Shown here: piece after piece, positions 13,293-26,780 of the stretch
Layout: each line of letters begins with the position of its first letter
How positions within the stretch are numbered: the stretch's first letter is position 1
Assembly (NCBI RefSeq): GCF_004010195.1
Contig: NC_057718.1
Coordinates: forward strand, 96,966,079 to 97,030,078
Direction of reading: 5' to 3'
DNA: 64,000 bases
Source of the DNA: Chiloscyllium plagiosum
Lineage: Eukaryota
The notes under the pieces: generated by a model
Told to the model about the DNA's origin: nothing
Seen by the model: the letters and a program-made list of their open reading frames with translations, nothing else
The model's database searches: none
Position numbers and translations under genes: made by a program

Positions 13293-13606
13293 GGGGGTGG
13301 TATGGTGGCTCAGTGGTTAGCACTGCTCCTCACAGTGCCAGGGACCCAGTTTCGATTCCAGCCTTGGGTGACTGTCTGTGTGGAGTTTGCACATTCTCCC
13401 CGTGTCTGTGTGGGTTTCCTCCAGGTGCTCCGGTTTCCTCCCACAGTCCAAAAATGTGCAGGTCAGGTGGATTGGCCATGCTAAATTGCCCATAGTGTTA
13501 GGCGCATTAGTCAGAGGGAAATGGGTCTGGGTGGGTTACTCCTCGGAGGGTCAGTGTGGACTTGTTGGGCCGAAGGGCCTGTTTCCACACTGTAGGGAAT
13601 CTAATC
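13293..13606 (+). mobile_element. HE1-like V-SINE, full length
   Basis: tRNA-like head (tggctcagtggttagc ... gtttcgattcc), V-domain gtgtggagtttgcacattctcccc, taatc tail. Confidence 0.9.
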
Positions 13607-13840
13607 TTCATCCATTTTGTACTCTGACGTGGACACTAATTGGCTTTTAACCATACTCTGGAAGAGAATCTTTGTGTTCTGAGGACTGTATGTACTGTTG
13701 ATAAGGAGAAACTTTACCTCTTTGTAGAGAAGTCAATGGGCGGGACCCGTCACCATTTCAAAGTAAGGTTTAGAGGGGATTAGAGGAAAATGTCATTATG
13801 AGCATGGTGATTATCTGGAACTCACTGACTTAAAGGACAG

Positions 13841-14397
13841 TAGAATCCTTGCAGTTTGGACGCAGGCCATTTGGTCCCTACCAGCCCTCTGAAAAGTATC
13901 CCTCCCAGTCCCAACCCCCTACCCCTGCATTTCCCATGGCTAACCCACTTAGCCTCCACATCCCTCGACACTAAGGGCAATTCAGCATGGCCAATCCACC
14001 CAAACCTGCACAGCTTGGACCGTGAGGGGAAGCTGGAGCAAGCCCACATAGACACGGGGAGAATGTGGAAACTCCACACAGATGGTCGGCACGGTGGCAC
14101 AGTGGTTAGCACTGCTGCCTCACAGCGCCAGAGACTCGGGTTCAATTCCTGCCTCAGGTGACTGACTGTGTGGAGTTTGCACATTCTCCCCTGTGTCTAC
14201 ATGTATTTCCTCCGAGTGCTCCGGTTTCCTCCCACAGTCCAAAGATGTGCAGGTCAGGTGAATTGGCCATGCTAAATTGCCCATAGTGTTAGGTGAAGAG
14301 GTAAATGTAGGGGAATGGGTCTGGTTGGGTTGTGCTTCAGGGGCTCGGTGTGGACTTGTTGGGCCGAAGGGCCTGTTTCCACACTGTAAGTAATCTA
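13841..14397. mobile_element. Head-to-head pair of HE1-like SINEs (13841-14082 minus, 5'-truncated; 14087-14397 plus)
   Basis: V-domain present in both orientations, about 85 bp apart. Confidence 0.85.
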
Positions 14398-14399
14398 AA

Positions 14400-14605
14400 C
14401 ATGGTAGTTTGCGTGTGGAGTGAACTTCCTGACGGAAGTGATGGATGTGGGTACAATTACAACATTTAAAAGGCATTTGGATAAGATAGGAAAGGTTTGG
14501 ATATGGGCCAGGAGCAGGCACTGGGACCAGTTTAGTTTGGGATTACATTCGGCATGGACTGGTTGGACCAAAGGGGCTGTTTCTGTGCTGTGTGATTCTA
14601 CGACT
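14400..14605 (+). mobile_element. CR1 3' tail
   Basis: GTITTFKRHLD remnant plus the CR1 3' UTR seen in other copies. Confidence 0.8.
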
Positions 14606-16653
14606 GCTTGAAACACCATAACATACAAGGTCTAGGGCCATGTGCTGGAAAATAGACAAGTTTTTGATGACCATTGTGGTCACAGTGGTATGTACTGTCA
14701 AACGTGTGTGACTCTATAACCTTTCAACCTCAACTTGAGATCAATTCTGTTTAAATATTTTGATAATCAGGACTCTCATCTCACTAGTTTTGGCTCAAGC
14801 TGCGTTTATAAACATCAGTGGGATGCGGAGATTGCAATGCTGACATGCTAAGGCAGAGGCTTTAATAGTTCCTCATGTGGCTCGCAGTCAACATTTGGCT
14901 TATAGCATTCCTGTGAAGCTCCTTGGGGAAAGTTTTATCATTTAGGCACTACGTGCACTCAAGTTGTTGTTGGATTGCACCATTAGTTTCTCTGCCTCTT
15001 TTGAGGAAACCCAAAGTTCGTTCCTCCGTCTTCATAGAATCCCTACAGTATGGAAGCAGGCCATTCGGCCCATCGAGTCATCACTGACCCTCCGAGCAGC
15101 ATCCCACATGGGCTTGCCCCGTCACCATAAACATGTCAATTTGAAAATGCTACACACTTTTGGTTCTACAGCCCCTGGAATGTGCTTTTAATAACATTTA
15201 ATGTTGCCTCTTCCTCTTAACCGAAGGACAAATGTCAAAGTTCCACCAAACTCTTCGCCAACGTTGATTTTTTTTAAAAAAGGATTATGTCAGCGAAGTT
15301 TGAGGGTTTTCGAACAAGAATACAAAAGATCTGGAATGATTGAAGCAGTGATGAGAAAAGAACAGATGGGTAAAGACAGGAAGATGCGAGTTCTTCAAGT
15401 CCTCTCTGGAAAAGGCTGACATGAAGCAATTAATCACTTGTTGTCTGTGAAAGACGACAGATCGGTGCAGCGTTCACATGCAGGTTGGGAATATTGCTAT
15501 GGCAACAACCACTTGTATTTACTTAGCACCTTTAATGTCATGAAACATCCCAAGCCACTTCATTCAAGCGCTCATCATAAAAAACAAAATATGACACCGC
15601 GGAGATTTATGAATCACGTGACACTTGTTAACCTGATTTTTCCCGGACCAAAAGATGGAGGAGCAGACATCGGCTGTTCGGCCCATTGAGTCTGCTCTGG
15701 CACTCGGTCAGATCAAAGCTGATCTGATTATCCTCCGTTCCACTGTCCTGCCTTTCCTCCAGAGCCCTGGATCTGATTACTGATTAGACATGTGGCTAAT
15801 TTCGACTGCACTTCAAGATCTACCCTCGCCAGCAATCTGCAACCTGACAGTTTTCTCAATGTTCCAATGTCCTTAGAATAGAATCCCTACAGTGTGGAAG
15901 CAGGCCTTTCGACCCACCGAGTCCACACCGACCCTTCGAAGAGCAAGCCACTCAGACCCCGCACCCCTCTCCCATCCATGTAACCCTGCATTTCCCAGGG
16001 CTCACCCACCTGCCTTACACACCCCTGTTTACTATTGGTTAAGTTATTCTATATTCTGGTCTCTTCTGTTTGTGTTTCACTCGGTAATATTGCAAATAAA
16101 TTCTGTTTTGTTTCAAACTAAGTTGTTGGGCCAGCAGCATCACTGCTGGAATATCCACTACCCACCTGCTTAAAACAACAGCACGGTCAATCCATCTAAC
16201 CTGCACACCTTTGGACTATGGGAGGAAATCGGAGCACCTGAAGCAGACACTGGGAGGATGTGCAAACGCCATGCAGCCGAGGCTGGAGCTGAACTCGGGA
16301 CCAAGGATGTGGAGGCAAAGTGGATGATCCATGGGAAATGCAGGGATGAGGTGGGCATGGGATGCTCTTTGGAAGGTTGGTGTGGACTCGATGATTCTAC
16401 GATTAGTGAGAACTGTCTGTGATGTATGTGCCTCGTGGTGTCCACCGAAACAGGCACTGCTCCTTATTATGAGAACGAAGCTCCCCACCCTTCCCCAATC
16501 TTGGTACCAATTGGGCTGTGGATTGAGTGGAAGAGGTTTTGCATTCGATATTATACCAGCAGCTGCAAGTTTCCCAGGTACCTGCAGGCAAACTGAAGTT
16601 TGTTTTTTTCATAAAGAGAGAGCATTTGAACCTTATCAATTGATTTAATAATC

Positions 16654-16815
16654 CAGAGGAACCGAGACTATCCGAACGACATGGGTGGGATGTATTTTGT
16701 TCGGATAATCGAATGTATGGATAATTGAATGCCGGATAAAACCGTTTAGCCAAGGATTGGGACCTCGCAATCTTGTCCGGATAATCCAAAATTCGCATAA
16801 TCAAGATTCCTCTGT
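16654..16815. mobile_element. Tc1/pogo(Tigger)-like MITE
   Basis: Imperfect TIRs cagaggaaccgagactatccgaa / ttcgcataatcaagattcctctg followed by TA; internal ggataatc repeats. Confidence 0.65.
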
Positions 16816-17582
16816 ATATTTAAAGATGACCAGAAGATGCCATTGCAAAGTATTTTTACAGCACAGAAACAGGCCATTGGGCCTTGAAGATTCAAACGAG
16901 AGTTGTCGCAACTGGGAAACGTTTCCTTGACTTTTGAGAAATAGATAATTATTCCTGTCAGGATTTTGATGTTCATTATGTGAAATGTCCATTGTCTTTT
17001 ATTACTTTTTTTTTCTATACATTGTAGCCTCTCGGTTCTAAAGTATCAGTAATTTTCTTGTGGCCATGTGGGACACATTGGTGAGTCATCAATGATGAAT
17101 GGTTCAATCAGAAGTAGTCAATGTGGTGGTGAGTCGGATGTTTGAGCTTTTTTAATGGACTATACCAAGGTACTTACAGTAGATTGTTCCTGGAAAAGCA
17201 GCACAGAGAGAGAGTTGGAAAATAGCCATTACACCATCCTATCCATGGCAGCCATCAAACAAGAAATGATTGTGGTTGTTATTTCTTCTTAAAATCCATT
17301 GGCTCTCCTTGTTAATGATGAAATGAAATACAGGTATTCCCACTATCTGAAAGTAGAGTGTTCCTACAAAACCTTTCACAAGCCGAAATGGTGTACAGCG
17401 AAAAAGCATTAATTTATATGGGAAAAGTTTTGCCTTTCTTCACGAAAGCAAAAATTCCTCTTTGGATTTCCTTTGGTTGGCGAAAACAGGTACTAATGTA
17501 GGTCTTTCATTAAAACAAACTCTCAAAAAGCAGGGCAAACAGAAGGCAAGCTGAGCAAAATATCCTGAGCGCTTGATCAATC

Positions 17583-17956
17583 TGGAAATGAGTTTCATCA
17601 TTTCCCCTCCCCCCCCCACCTTACCCTAGTTCCAACCTTCCCGCTCAGCACCATCCTCATGACCTGTCTGACCTGGCAATCTTCCCTTCTCACCTATCTG
17701 CTCCACCCTCCTCTCCGACCTATCACCTTCATCCCCGCCTCCATCCACCTATTGTACTCTTGGCTACCTTCTCCCCAGCCCCACCCCCTCCCATTTATCT
17801 CTCCATCCTGGAGGTTCCCTGCTTCATTCCTGATGAAGGGCTTTTGCCCGAAACGTTGATTTTCCTGCTCCTCGGATGCTGCCTGACCTGCTGTGCTTTT
17901 CCAGCACCACTCTGATCTAGACTCTGATCTCCAGCATCTGCAGTCTTCACTTTTGC
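17583..17956 (+). mobile_element. Penelope-like 3' terminal repeat (family A) with intact minimal hammerhead-like core at 17830-17857
   Basis: CTGATGA-A-GGGC-TTTT-GCCC-GAAACGTT; same 3' end as the GIY-YIG-bearing copy at 45451-45922. Confidence 0.8.
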
Positions 17957-19399
17957 CAATCAGGCAATTGTCTGCTAACCTCTTTTGCAAATAAAAGTCT
18001 CTGATCACTAAATTAAACAACCCTTCGGACTTCAGTGACACCAAATAGGTGGGAAGGCAGGCACGTGGTCTGTAGAGCGATCGTGGACAGACAGAACACA
18101 TGGAACTGCAGCAGTTCAAGGAGGCAGCTCACTGCCAACCTCTCGAGGGCAACTAGGGACAGGCAATCAGTGCTGACCCAGTGTTTGCAAAATGAAGGGC
18201 CTAGGTCTTCCCCTTCTGAAGAGTAATGAGTAAAGTGGTGGGAAGGGAAGAGTTGGTCATGTTGGCAGTGGGGTGGTAGCGCCATCCTGCCACCACAGCG
18301 ATTACAATCTGAGCAGGAAGGCCCAAGTGAACCTTCCTTACCCTGCTCACAATTGAAGCCCAGAAGTGGACGATTAGTGACCACTTAAGCGTCTGTAAAT
18401 GGCCTGGACAGTCAGCGTTTCAGAGTCAGAAAGTGTGGCGCTGGAAAAGCACAGCCAGTCAGGCAGCATCCGAGGAGCAGTAGAGTCGATGTTTCGAGCA
18501 AAACCCCTTCATCCAAGGATGCTGATGATAACCGAATGCGAAACCTCTTCCAAGGACGCTTCTCTAGCACCTGCAGTCCTCACTTGATCCCTGTAACTGC
18601 TTCAGTTCCAGTTGAGAGGAGAATGATGTATTGTTCTGGGTGGGATGTTACTTTGGAGTGGTTTGTGGCAACTTGTGCAAGACTGAGGGATCTGTGTTGA
18701 GAGCCACCCCAACAGACTTCACTTCTGGCCCCCTCCACTCCAAACAGCACCCACCTTTCCCGATTCTGCCTCTCCGTCTTGGGGCCGATGTGATGATGCT
18801 TAAGTTCTGGCATTGTTCACCTTCGATTGGCCAGAAGCTTTGGGAAGGGCAGGGTTTCCTGCTTGAGGGTGTTGGGTCTTGCAGAAAGCACGCCGACAGC
18901 CAATCAGCTGCTTGGTTGCTGGAAGGGCTGGTGGGCTTGCTTAACTGAGTGGGTCCTGATTTATTTTCTTTGTCCTAGACATTTGCCCGCTTTCAGACTT
19001 GGCTCGAAAAAGGGAAAATCCAAGTGTTAAACCCGTTGGCTTGAAAGCACAGATTTGGAACATGGAGTTTTTAAAATTACACAGAATCCTGACTGTTCAT
19101 CTTGACATAGCAACCCGAAACACAACACTTCCTATCCTGCCCCACCCCCACCCTCCCCGTGGATAATAAAATGTACAAAATCAAAGATGGCCTTCTCTTT
19201 GGGTTTGAGGACCCTACTATATCTCTTGATCAAATTTCAGATCTTATCCTGCAATTAAAGCTGCTCCATTAACTCACGTCACTAGCCTTCTAGTCCACTG
19301 TTCTGGTTGACTTTTAGTCCTAGTATTCCTGACTGGAATTTGTACTCCAGGGGAAGAGAGTTCCAGTGCCAATCCCAATCTCAAGAGGTTCCACACTCA

Positions 19400-19730
19400 C
19401 TGAAGTAAAGTCATTAAGATCGTGCTAGCAAACACGGCAGCCAGTTTACACATGGCAGGGAGGTGAGCAGTCAGATTGCCAACATTGGGTGGGTGATGGT
19501 CAATGCCCAAATGTTGGTCAAGACATCTTCAAAGTCTGGCCTGGGATCTTCTGCCTGAGGTTGGAGGCAGTACCTTGTTTACACAGCTCACCTGAAAGAC
19601 AGCAACTCCATGCAGTGCAGAGCTTCCTCAGCACCTGAGCATTGGATTGATGGACTGACCATTGGCTTGACCACGCAGTCTTGTGGGGTTGGCATCCGTG
19701 GGCCCTCAGTCTCAGGCAGCAGTCTGCACA
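19400..19730 (-). mobile_element. Deu-domain-type SINE remnant
   Basis: gggatcttctgcctgagg...ctcacctgaaagacagcaactcc...gtgcag; similar remnant at 51190-51450. Confidence 0.55.
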
Positions 19731-20264
19731 CATGCTCCTGGTGACTGTCGCACCTCAGAGTTACGGTTCTCTGTTCTGTTCAGGGCAGGAACGTACTGAG
19801 CAGGATGCTGGGGCTATCGAAGTGAAAAGTGGAATCTGACTTGAACTCCACAATTCACTTTGATCCACAGGTGGGCATCTTTTAAAAACAGGTCTCGTTT
19901 GCAGTCGCTAACCTTGGGAAAAGTCTTAAGAGATCAGTACTTCTTGTTGACTCATCACAGACCCCTAACTTGCTTATTTAAGAACCTAACACCAGTCTTA
20001 GGGACCCACCATGGACAATGACTTGTCCAATTTTCAGTCAAACCCTTTTTTTTAAAGCCAGGGATCCTTTTGCATGTAAGGTACAGGCTCCCTAAACTTG
20101 GTGTGACTTCTACATAACCAGATCAGAAGTACAAAACCTCAGAAGGTGCGTCTGGATCAAAGGACACCCTGTCGTTGATGAATTTGCTGATGATTTTACT
20201 GCAGCAGCGAGGGCCATGTGTTGTGTCCAAAATGCAGGTGGGAGTAAGCTGCTGAAAGAGAAGT

Positions 20265-20566
20265 AGATTAGATTAGATTACAATGTGGAAACAGGCCCTT
20301 TGGCCCAACAAGTCCACACCGACCCGCCGAAGCGTAACCCACCCATACCCCTACATTTACCCCTTACCTAACACTACGGGCAATTTAGCATGGCCAATTC
20401 ACCTGACCTGCACATCTTTGGACTGTGGGAGGAAACCGGAGCACCCGGAGGAAACCCACGCAGACACGGGGAGAATGTGCAAACTCCATACAGTCAGTCA
20501 CCTAAGGCGGGAATTGAACCCGGGTCTCTGGCGCTGTGAGGCAGCAGTGCTAACCACTGTGCCGCC
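20265..20566 (-). mobile_element. HE1-like V-SINE, young full-length copy
   Basis: CpG-rich intact tRNA head and V-domain; (TAATC)3 tail. Confidence 0.92.
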
Positions 20567-22551
20567 CATTGCTTTGCTAAGAACTTCTTGGATGCAAGGG
20601 AACAATTCCTATCACTTTGGAGCATCAGGTTCCATACAAAAGTAGCAATTGTGCCTTTAAAATTATAAGTGCAACACCAAGTTTGTTGCTCAACCTGTTG
20701 AAATTTCTGCAAATCCAAAGAAAACACAGCATTTTTGCTTTCTGACTGTAGCCTAGAATTCTTTGTTTAATTTTTTGAATTGACACAGGTTTTGGTAGGA
20801 ATGTATATTTGACAATGAATACATGCATCCTCTTTTGCAACTTATAATTCTTTATTTCGTGGCTGTCTGCTCGACAAAGGTATATTAAATGTTGTCAAAA
20901 AACCACTGGGATAATTCTGTAAATAATGTGATGAAGCACCTTTTATTCTCCTGGAGCTTCTGCACAGTTAAAAGAAGTCAACGCTAATTAATTGGCACAT
21001 TGCTAATAAAAGCATAATACGGTGTCAGAGTACATACCAGCATATAATCTTAATATGTTAATAACATTTTTAAGGTAGCTTAAATCACTTACCTCCACTA
21101 TAAAACTCCAGCAATTAATATTTTTCAGATGACTTCATTAATCTTGTGGTGAGCTTTAAAATTAATCTGTTAATTAAAAGGGCCTGAAATGATCATTGAC
21201 TGATTTAAATATCTTTTGAATAGATTATAGAACGTTGGATCTTGATTCGAGGATGTATTTTGTCACAGTGGGACCAAAACCTTTAATTGATAGCAGTGAT
21301 CTCGTTATTCCATTTTTGTGGTGACTGAAGTTTAAGAATAGAAACGCAATTTTCTTAAGTGGGTTATCCTCCTAAGGAATAGCGTTTTAGACAGTTTCTC
21401 ATAATCCTACAGCAGACAACATCAACATACTGAAAGCTTTGTATTCCTTCAAGATACAAGGGAAAATGTCCAGTGAACTGAATCAGCAAAACCAAATCCC
21501 TGTACGCTTTCTAATGGATATTGAACACAGTGCATTGTAGGGTTTGCTATTGTTCAACAATGCGCGTGAATTGCTTCCTCCATTATGCGTCCCATGGCTT
21601 TCATATTTAATAGGACTCAAATTTATAGATCTTTACGGAATAATTTTTATTTGAAGGGCTCTAGTGTGGACAGCCCAGGAGATGGAAATTTCATTTCCGC
21701 GTGTAAAGTGCATTTCACTCAACTGATGTCAGTTTCTTATCTGCTGGTTATCAATATCTAAGTAAATGTATGACAGGTGAGAATGCCTGTAGTTAAAGGT
21801 TTATATACTCAGGAGAAATGAGAGTATCCAGTAAGAGTCAAGCTAGAAATGATTTTTCTTTTAAGAGATAGATAAGGCCTCTCCCTCTCTGTTCAGTTCA
21901 TCAAAATTTTCAATCTCCCAGATCCTCTGATTTGCCTCAGTGTTGCCTCATTCTCAGACACCTTCAGACGTAATATTTCTTCAAGGGTATAAAGTACCTC
22001 CATACAGGAGTCTATTTAAGACTCTTAGCAAGATCGCAATACAATTCAGGCTCTTGTGCTGATATCATAACCTTTTTTACGTACAAACCTAACAGTCTAT
22101 TTCATGATAAGAGCTTTCTTATTTTTCATTTTCATCTCAACAAGGTGAAAGGCGCAGTGTTAGGGGCTGGTATAATTTTCCAACTGATGGTACCCAAAAA
22201 TCTTGCACAGACATTGCACAGACAATTCCAGAGCTAAGCTCTTCGATTTGGTTTTACCGTAACCTTCAAGTAGCAATCGCTAATCCTAAAAAGGGGAGCA
22301 TGTTCATTACCAATGCAAATTGTCCTTCTGGCCTTTTGAATCTGCAGTTTTTGTGGAAGGGATCCTTACTTTGTTCCTTCAGTGTACTGTCTTCATAAGC
22401 CTCGATGTCATATATCCATATCATCATTTCCAACAAGTACAGCAAACCTAATTTTTACTGGAATTGTTGAATGGATACAGCATAAACAAAAAGGCTTTTT
22501 GACAATACATTACTTAGTAAATAATTAATGGCGTAAACTGCAGGAAAAAAA

Positions 22552-22845
22552 CAAATATTTCCCTGAATTTACAACGTAATATCAAATATCCCCCTGAATT
22601 TATTAACATATTTGAACGAATATCAAACATCCCCCAAATTTACTAACGCACCTGAAATAATATCAAATATCCCCCTGAATTTATTAATGCACTTGAACAA
22701 ATATTAAAATATTCCCCTGAATTTATTAATGCATTTGAACAAACATAAGATATTCCCCTGAATTTTATTAATGCACTTGAAATAATATTGAAGATCTCCA
22801 TTGACTAATGTACCTGAAAAGCTATGAAAGCACCCCTGAATTTAC
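22552..22845. repeat. ~41-bp AT-rich minisatellite, about 7 degenerate copies
   Basis: Recurrent aatatcaaatatccccctgaatttattaa(c/t)gcacttgaa unit. Confidence 0.85.
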
Positions 22846-24519
22846 ACAGCTGGAAGCCCCGTGCTATGTTGATATGTTATACCACACTCTTTGCAGAGTG
22901 GTCACCTCTTGAGGTGCATAGCTCATACTGACACCCAGCCTGCACCAGGCTTCCTCCTCCCCACCCTAATTTGTGTTGAGCGATAGTGTCCAGCACCAAT
23001 CACTTCCCTTTCTCTTTCGAGAGTCCTCAAACCAGCTTCAAGCAGTAAGTCCAACTCCAGTGGGACGGGTTTCTCACGGCCTGGTTTACCCAGTGTCCTT
23101 GAATCTCTGCGAGCTATATCTGGTAGACCCCAGCAGGAGTTGCTCTGTGATGAGTGGAGAATAAGCTGTCTTCCTTCCTGCTGTCCCCACCCCCACTTCT
23201 GTCCAGTGTTCCTGCAGTTATTGAGCAACCGGGATTAGACTTTCAGAAGTAAAAGAGCCCCAGGAGCACTAAAAATCTGCTTCAAGCAAGGGTCGGTGCC
23301 AACGTGAGTGCCAGGCGTGACTTCCAAGCAGGGATCTTTGATCAGCCTAAAAGGAGCCTTTACTTAATTTCAATATTTAATGGATTAAATTAAGGCTTGC
23401 TCACGTTACCATCTGCTTTGATTGGAATTATGCTTGGTGTTCAATTTAACCACCTGAAGTGAGGCTTATGAGCGCTCCATAAACAATGGATTAAAGGATT
23501 TGAGGCCTTAAAGTCATGCATCAGTGGTGGAATGTTTGCTTGGAATGTAGGATGCCCAGGTTTAATTCCTGGCTGGTATGGCATTCTTGATTAATAATTG
23601 AAGGTCCTGGGGCTAGACAGAAAGTAGAGCTGAGGCTCCAGACCAGAACAGCCAAGGTCTTTAATGAGCAGGCTGGAGAGGCCGAATGGCCTACGCTTGC
23701 TCCTAATTTGTAGCCTTCTATCTCTCGGCTCCTCAGTAAATATCTTGGGACTGGATGCAGTTTGTTCTTGGCAGCGGTATGAGGGACTGGCTGTCCACGT
23801 TTTCAGAGTGGTTTTGGATCGACATTGTTGGTATTTCTTCGCCAGGAATTCACAGAATCGTGGAATGGTTACAGTGCCAAATGAGGCCAAGCAGCCTCTT
23901 CCTGTTCATGCTAGCTCTGTATTCCAGGTCTGAATAACTCTCACTGCACTGGAACAGAGAATGGTATGTTTGAGTTGAACGGAAAACCTTTGAAGTGTTT
24001 CTAGTTTCGGGCAGATACTGAGAATCAGCCACCGTAGCAGACTTGGCAGGGAATGGGGATTCCCTGCCTGTACAGGCACTGTTTGCCCTGTCAAAAGGTT
24101 CACTCCCCATCCCTCCTCACCGCGCACACCATCCCCACATGCATCCAGTGGGGACCTAACTCCAAAAGAGAGCTTCATGTTTTATCAACCAGTTGGAGAG
24201 AGGGTGTCTCCTCTGAATTATCCTGTCCCTCTCTTACTTACCTACTAAGACTGCACCATTACTGGAGATCCACCCAACTTGGAGAGCCCACCCATCATCT
24301 TTTAACTTAACACTGAACACCCACCCACACCCCACTCTTGAGTAAACCAAGAATGGTTTCCCACACAATACAGACCTGACACCACCTCCCCCACTCCAAT
24401 GCTCCATCCCTTTTCCCCTGCTCCCACCAACCCCCTCCTCCAACATCACTGCAGCAGGCAGAATCCCACTGGGAAATCCCTATCCAAAGTAATCCCCGTT
24501 TCCCTCCCCTTGTAATATT

Positions 24520-25695
24520 GGTTACAGTAGACATTGTCCCTATGGACTTCAGTAAGGTGTTCAACAAGATGCCACACAGTAGACTGGTTAGCAAGATCAC
24601 ATGGAATACAGGGGGAGCTAGCCAACTGGATACCAAAATTGCCTTAAAGGTAGGAAACAGAGGGTGATGGTGGAGGTTGTTTTGCAGACTGGAGGCCTGT
24701 GACCAGTGGTGTCCTGCAAGGATCCCGCAAGTGCTGGGTCCACTTCCTTTCGTCATTTATATCAATGATTTGGATGTGAACATAGGAGGAAGTTTGCTAA
24801 AGACAACAAAATATATGGTGTAGAGGAGAGTGAAGAAGGTTACCTCAGAGTACAAGGAGACCTTGATCAGATGGGCCAATGGGCCAAGGAGTGGCAGATG
24901 GAGTTTAATTTCGAGAAATGTGAGGTGTGGCATTTTGGTAAGACAAACCATGGCATGAGAGTTAATGGGAGGGTCCTAGGGAGTGTTGCCGAACAGAGAG
25001 ACCTAAGGTTGTAGGTGCATAGTTCCTTGAAAGTGGGGTTGCAGGTAGACCGGGTGGTTAAAAAAGGCATTCGGCATGCTTGCCTACGTTGGCCACTGTG
25101 TTGAGTTGGGAGGTCATGTTGCAGCTGTACAGGGCATTGGTTAGGCCACTTTTGAAATGTTGTGTTCTGTTCTGGTTTCTCTGCTATCGAAGGATGTTGT
25201 GAAACATGAAAGGGTTCAGAAACATTTACAAGGATGTTGCCAGGGTTGGAGGATCTGAGCTACAGGGAGGGACTGAATAGGCTGGGGCTGTTTTCCCTGG
25301 AGCATTGGAGGCTGACAGATGACGTTATAGAAGTTTATAAAATCATGAGGGGCATGGATAGGGTAAATAGACGAGTTCTTTTCCCAGGGGCAGGTGAGTG
25401 AAAAACTAGAGGGCATAGGTTTAAGCTGAGAGGGGAAAGATCTAAAAGGGACCTGAGGGGTAACTTTTTCATGCAGAGGGTGGTGTGTGTATGGAATGAG
25501 CTGCCAGAGGAAGTGGTGGAGGCTGGTATAATTGCAACATTTAAAAGGCATCTGAATGGGTATATGAATAGAAAAGATTTAGAGGGATATGGACCAAATG
25601 CTGGCAAATTGGACTCGATCAGTTTTGGATATCTGGTTGGCATGAACAAGTTGCACCAAAGGCTCTGTTTCTGTGCTTTTTAACTCTCTGACTAT
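24520..25695 (+). mobile_element. CR1/HER1-type LINE, ~1.2-kb 3' portion (decayed RT)
   Basis: [35 protein letters not shown] and WNELP remnants plus 3' UTR. Confidence 0.92.
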
Positions 25696-25889
25696 GTGAT
25701 ATCAGTAGTGCGCTGCTTAATGGGTTCAATTCTTAACTTGTGTAATAACACAGAATCAGGGGAAGATAGGGGCACACTGATAATCACTGGGCTAATAACC
25801 TGAGGCATGTTTACTACTGTGGGGACACTGGTCCGAATCCCAACTCAGTTCCAGATGTGAATTTAAAGAAAAGGGATAACTCCGGGATT

Positions 25890-26780
25890 GAAGGGTTCTT
25901 GTGGCACAGTGCAAGTGTCCCTATCTCCGTATAAGGAGGCCTGGGTGAAGTCTCACTTGCTCCAGAGATGTGTGGTGATGCTTCTGCATAGGTTAAAATT
26001 CTGGGATTGATAGGGCTCTTGTGGCCCAGTGTTCATCTCTCAACATCTGGGACAGAGAGGCTCATGTTCAAGCACCGGGACCTTTCTGGACAGTTTGAGT
26101 AAAAACACATACACCTTATCAATAGGGCTCTTGTGATACAGTTGTAGTGTTTCCAGCTCTGAGCCAGGAGGCCTGGATCTTTTATTTATTGACTCGTGCG
26201 ACTTGGGCTTCATTTGGATGTGCCAGTATTTATTGCCCATTCCTAGTTACCCTTGAGAAGGGGGTATTGGGCTGCTTTCTTGAACAACTGCAGTCCACCT
26301 GCTGTGTGGAGACCCTTAGGGAGAAAATTCCAGTGTTTTGACCCAGCAACACTGAAGGAGTGACGATATATTTCCAATACAGGATGGTGAGTGGCTTGGA
26401 GAGGAACTTGAAGGTGGTGGTGTTCCCATATATCTGCTGTGCTTGTCCTTCAAGATGGAAGTGGTCGTGGGTTTGGAAGGTGCTGTCTGAGGATCTTTGG
26501 TGGATTTCTGCAGTGTACCTTGGAGATGGTACACACTGCTGCTACTGTGTGGTGGTGGAGGGAGTGGTTATTTGTGGATGCAGATTCAGGCCCAATCTGC
26601 TCCAGAGGGTGTGTCCTCACATCACCCAACTGATAGATTGGAAAATATTTAAATCTCAGATTGAGAGATTGTGGTATGGGGAGTAGGTCTCTACCTCCGA
26701 TATGGAGGGCACCAGTTCAAGTCCCACCTGTTCCCTTGATGTGTCACAACATATCTGAACAGGATGATTTGAAAACTATC
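25890..26780 (+). repeat. Cluster of about 5 decayed ~120-bp tRNA-like units, interrupted by an L2-type fragment (26190-26580, minus)
   Basis: gggctcttgtgg-type starts at ~25892, ~26013 and ~26124, plus partial units near 26590 and 26668. Confidence 0.6.

Noticed and set aside
13293..13370. tRNA-like A/B boxes here and in other SINE heads
   Set aside because: They continue into the V-domain SINE body and are not tRNA genes.
22370..22447. Possible 78-bp minus-strand exon LLYLLEMMIWIYDIEAYEDSTLKEQ with a gtaagg donor
   Set aside because: The acceptor lacks a pyrimidine tract and no homology was recognised.
22552..22845. CRISPR-like array
   Set aside because: Contiguous degenerate tandem units without unique spacers, in a eukaryotic context with no cas genes.
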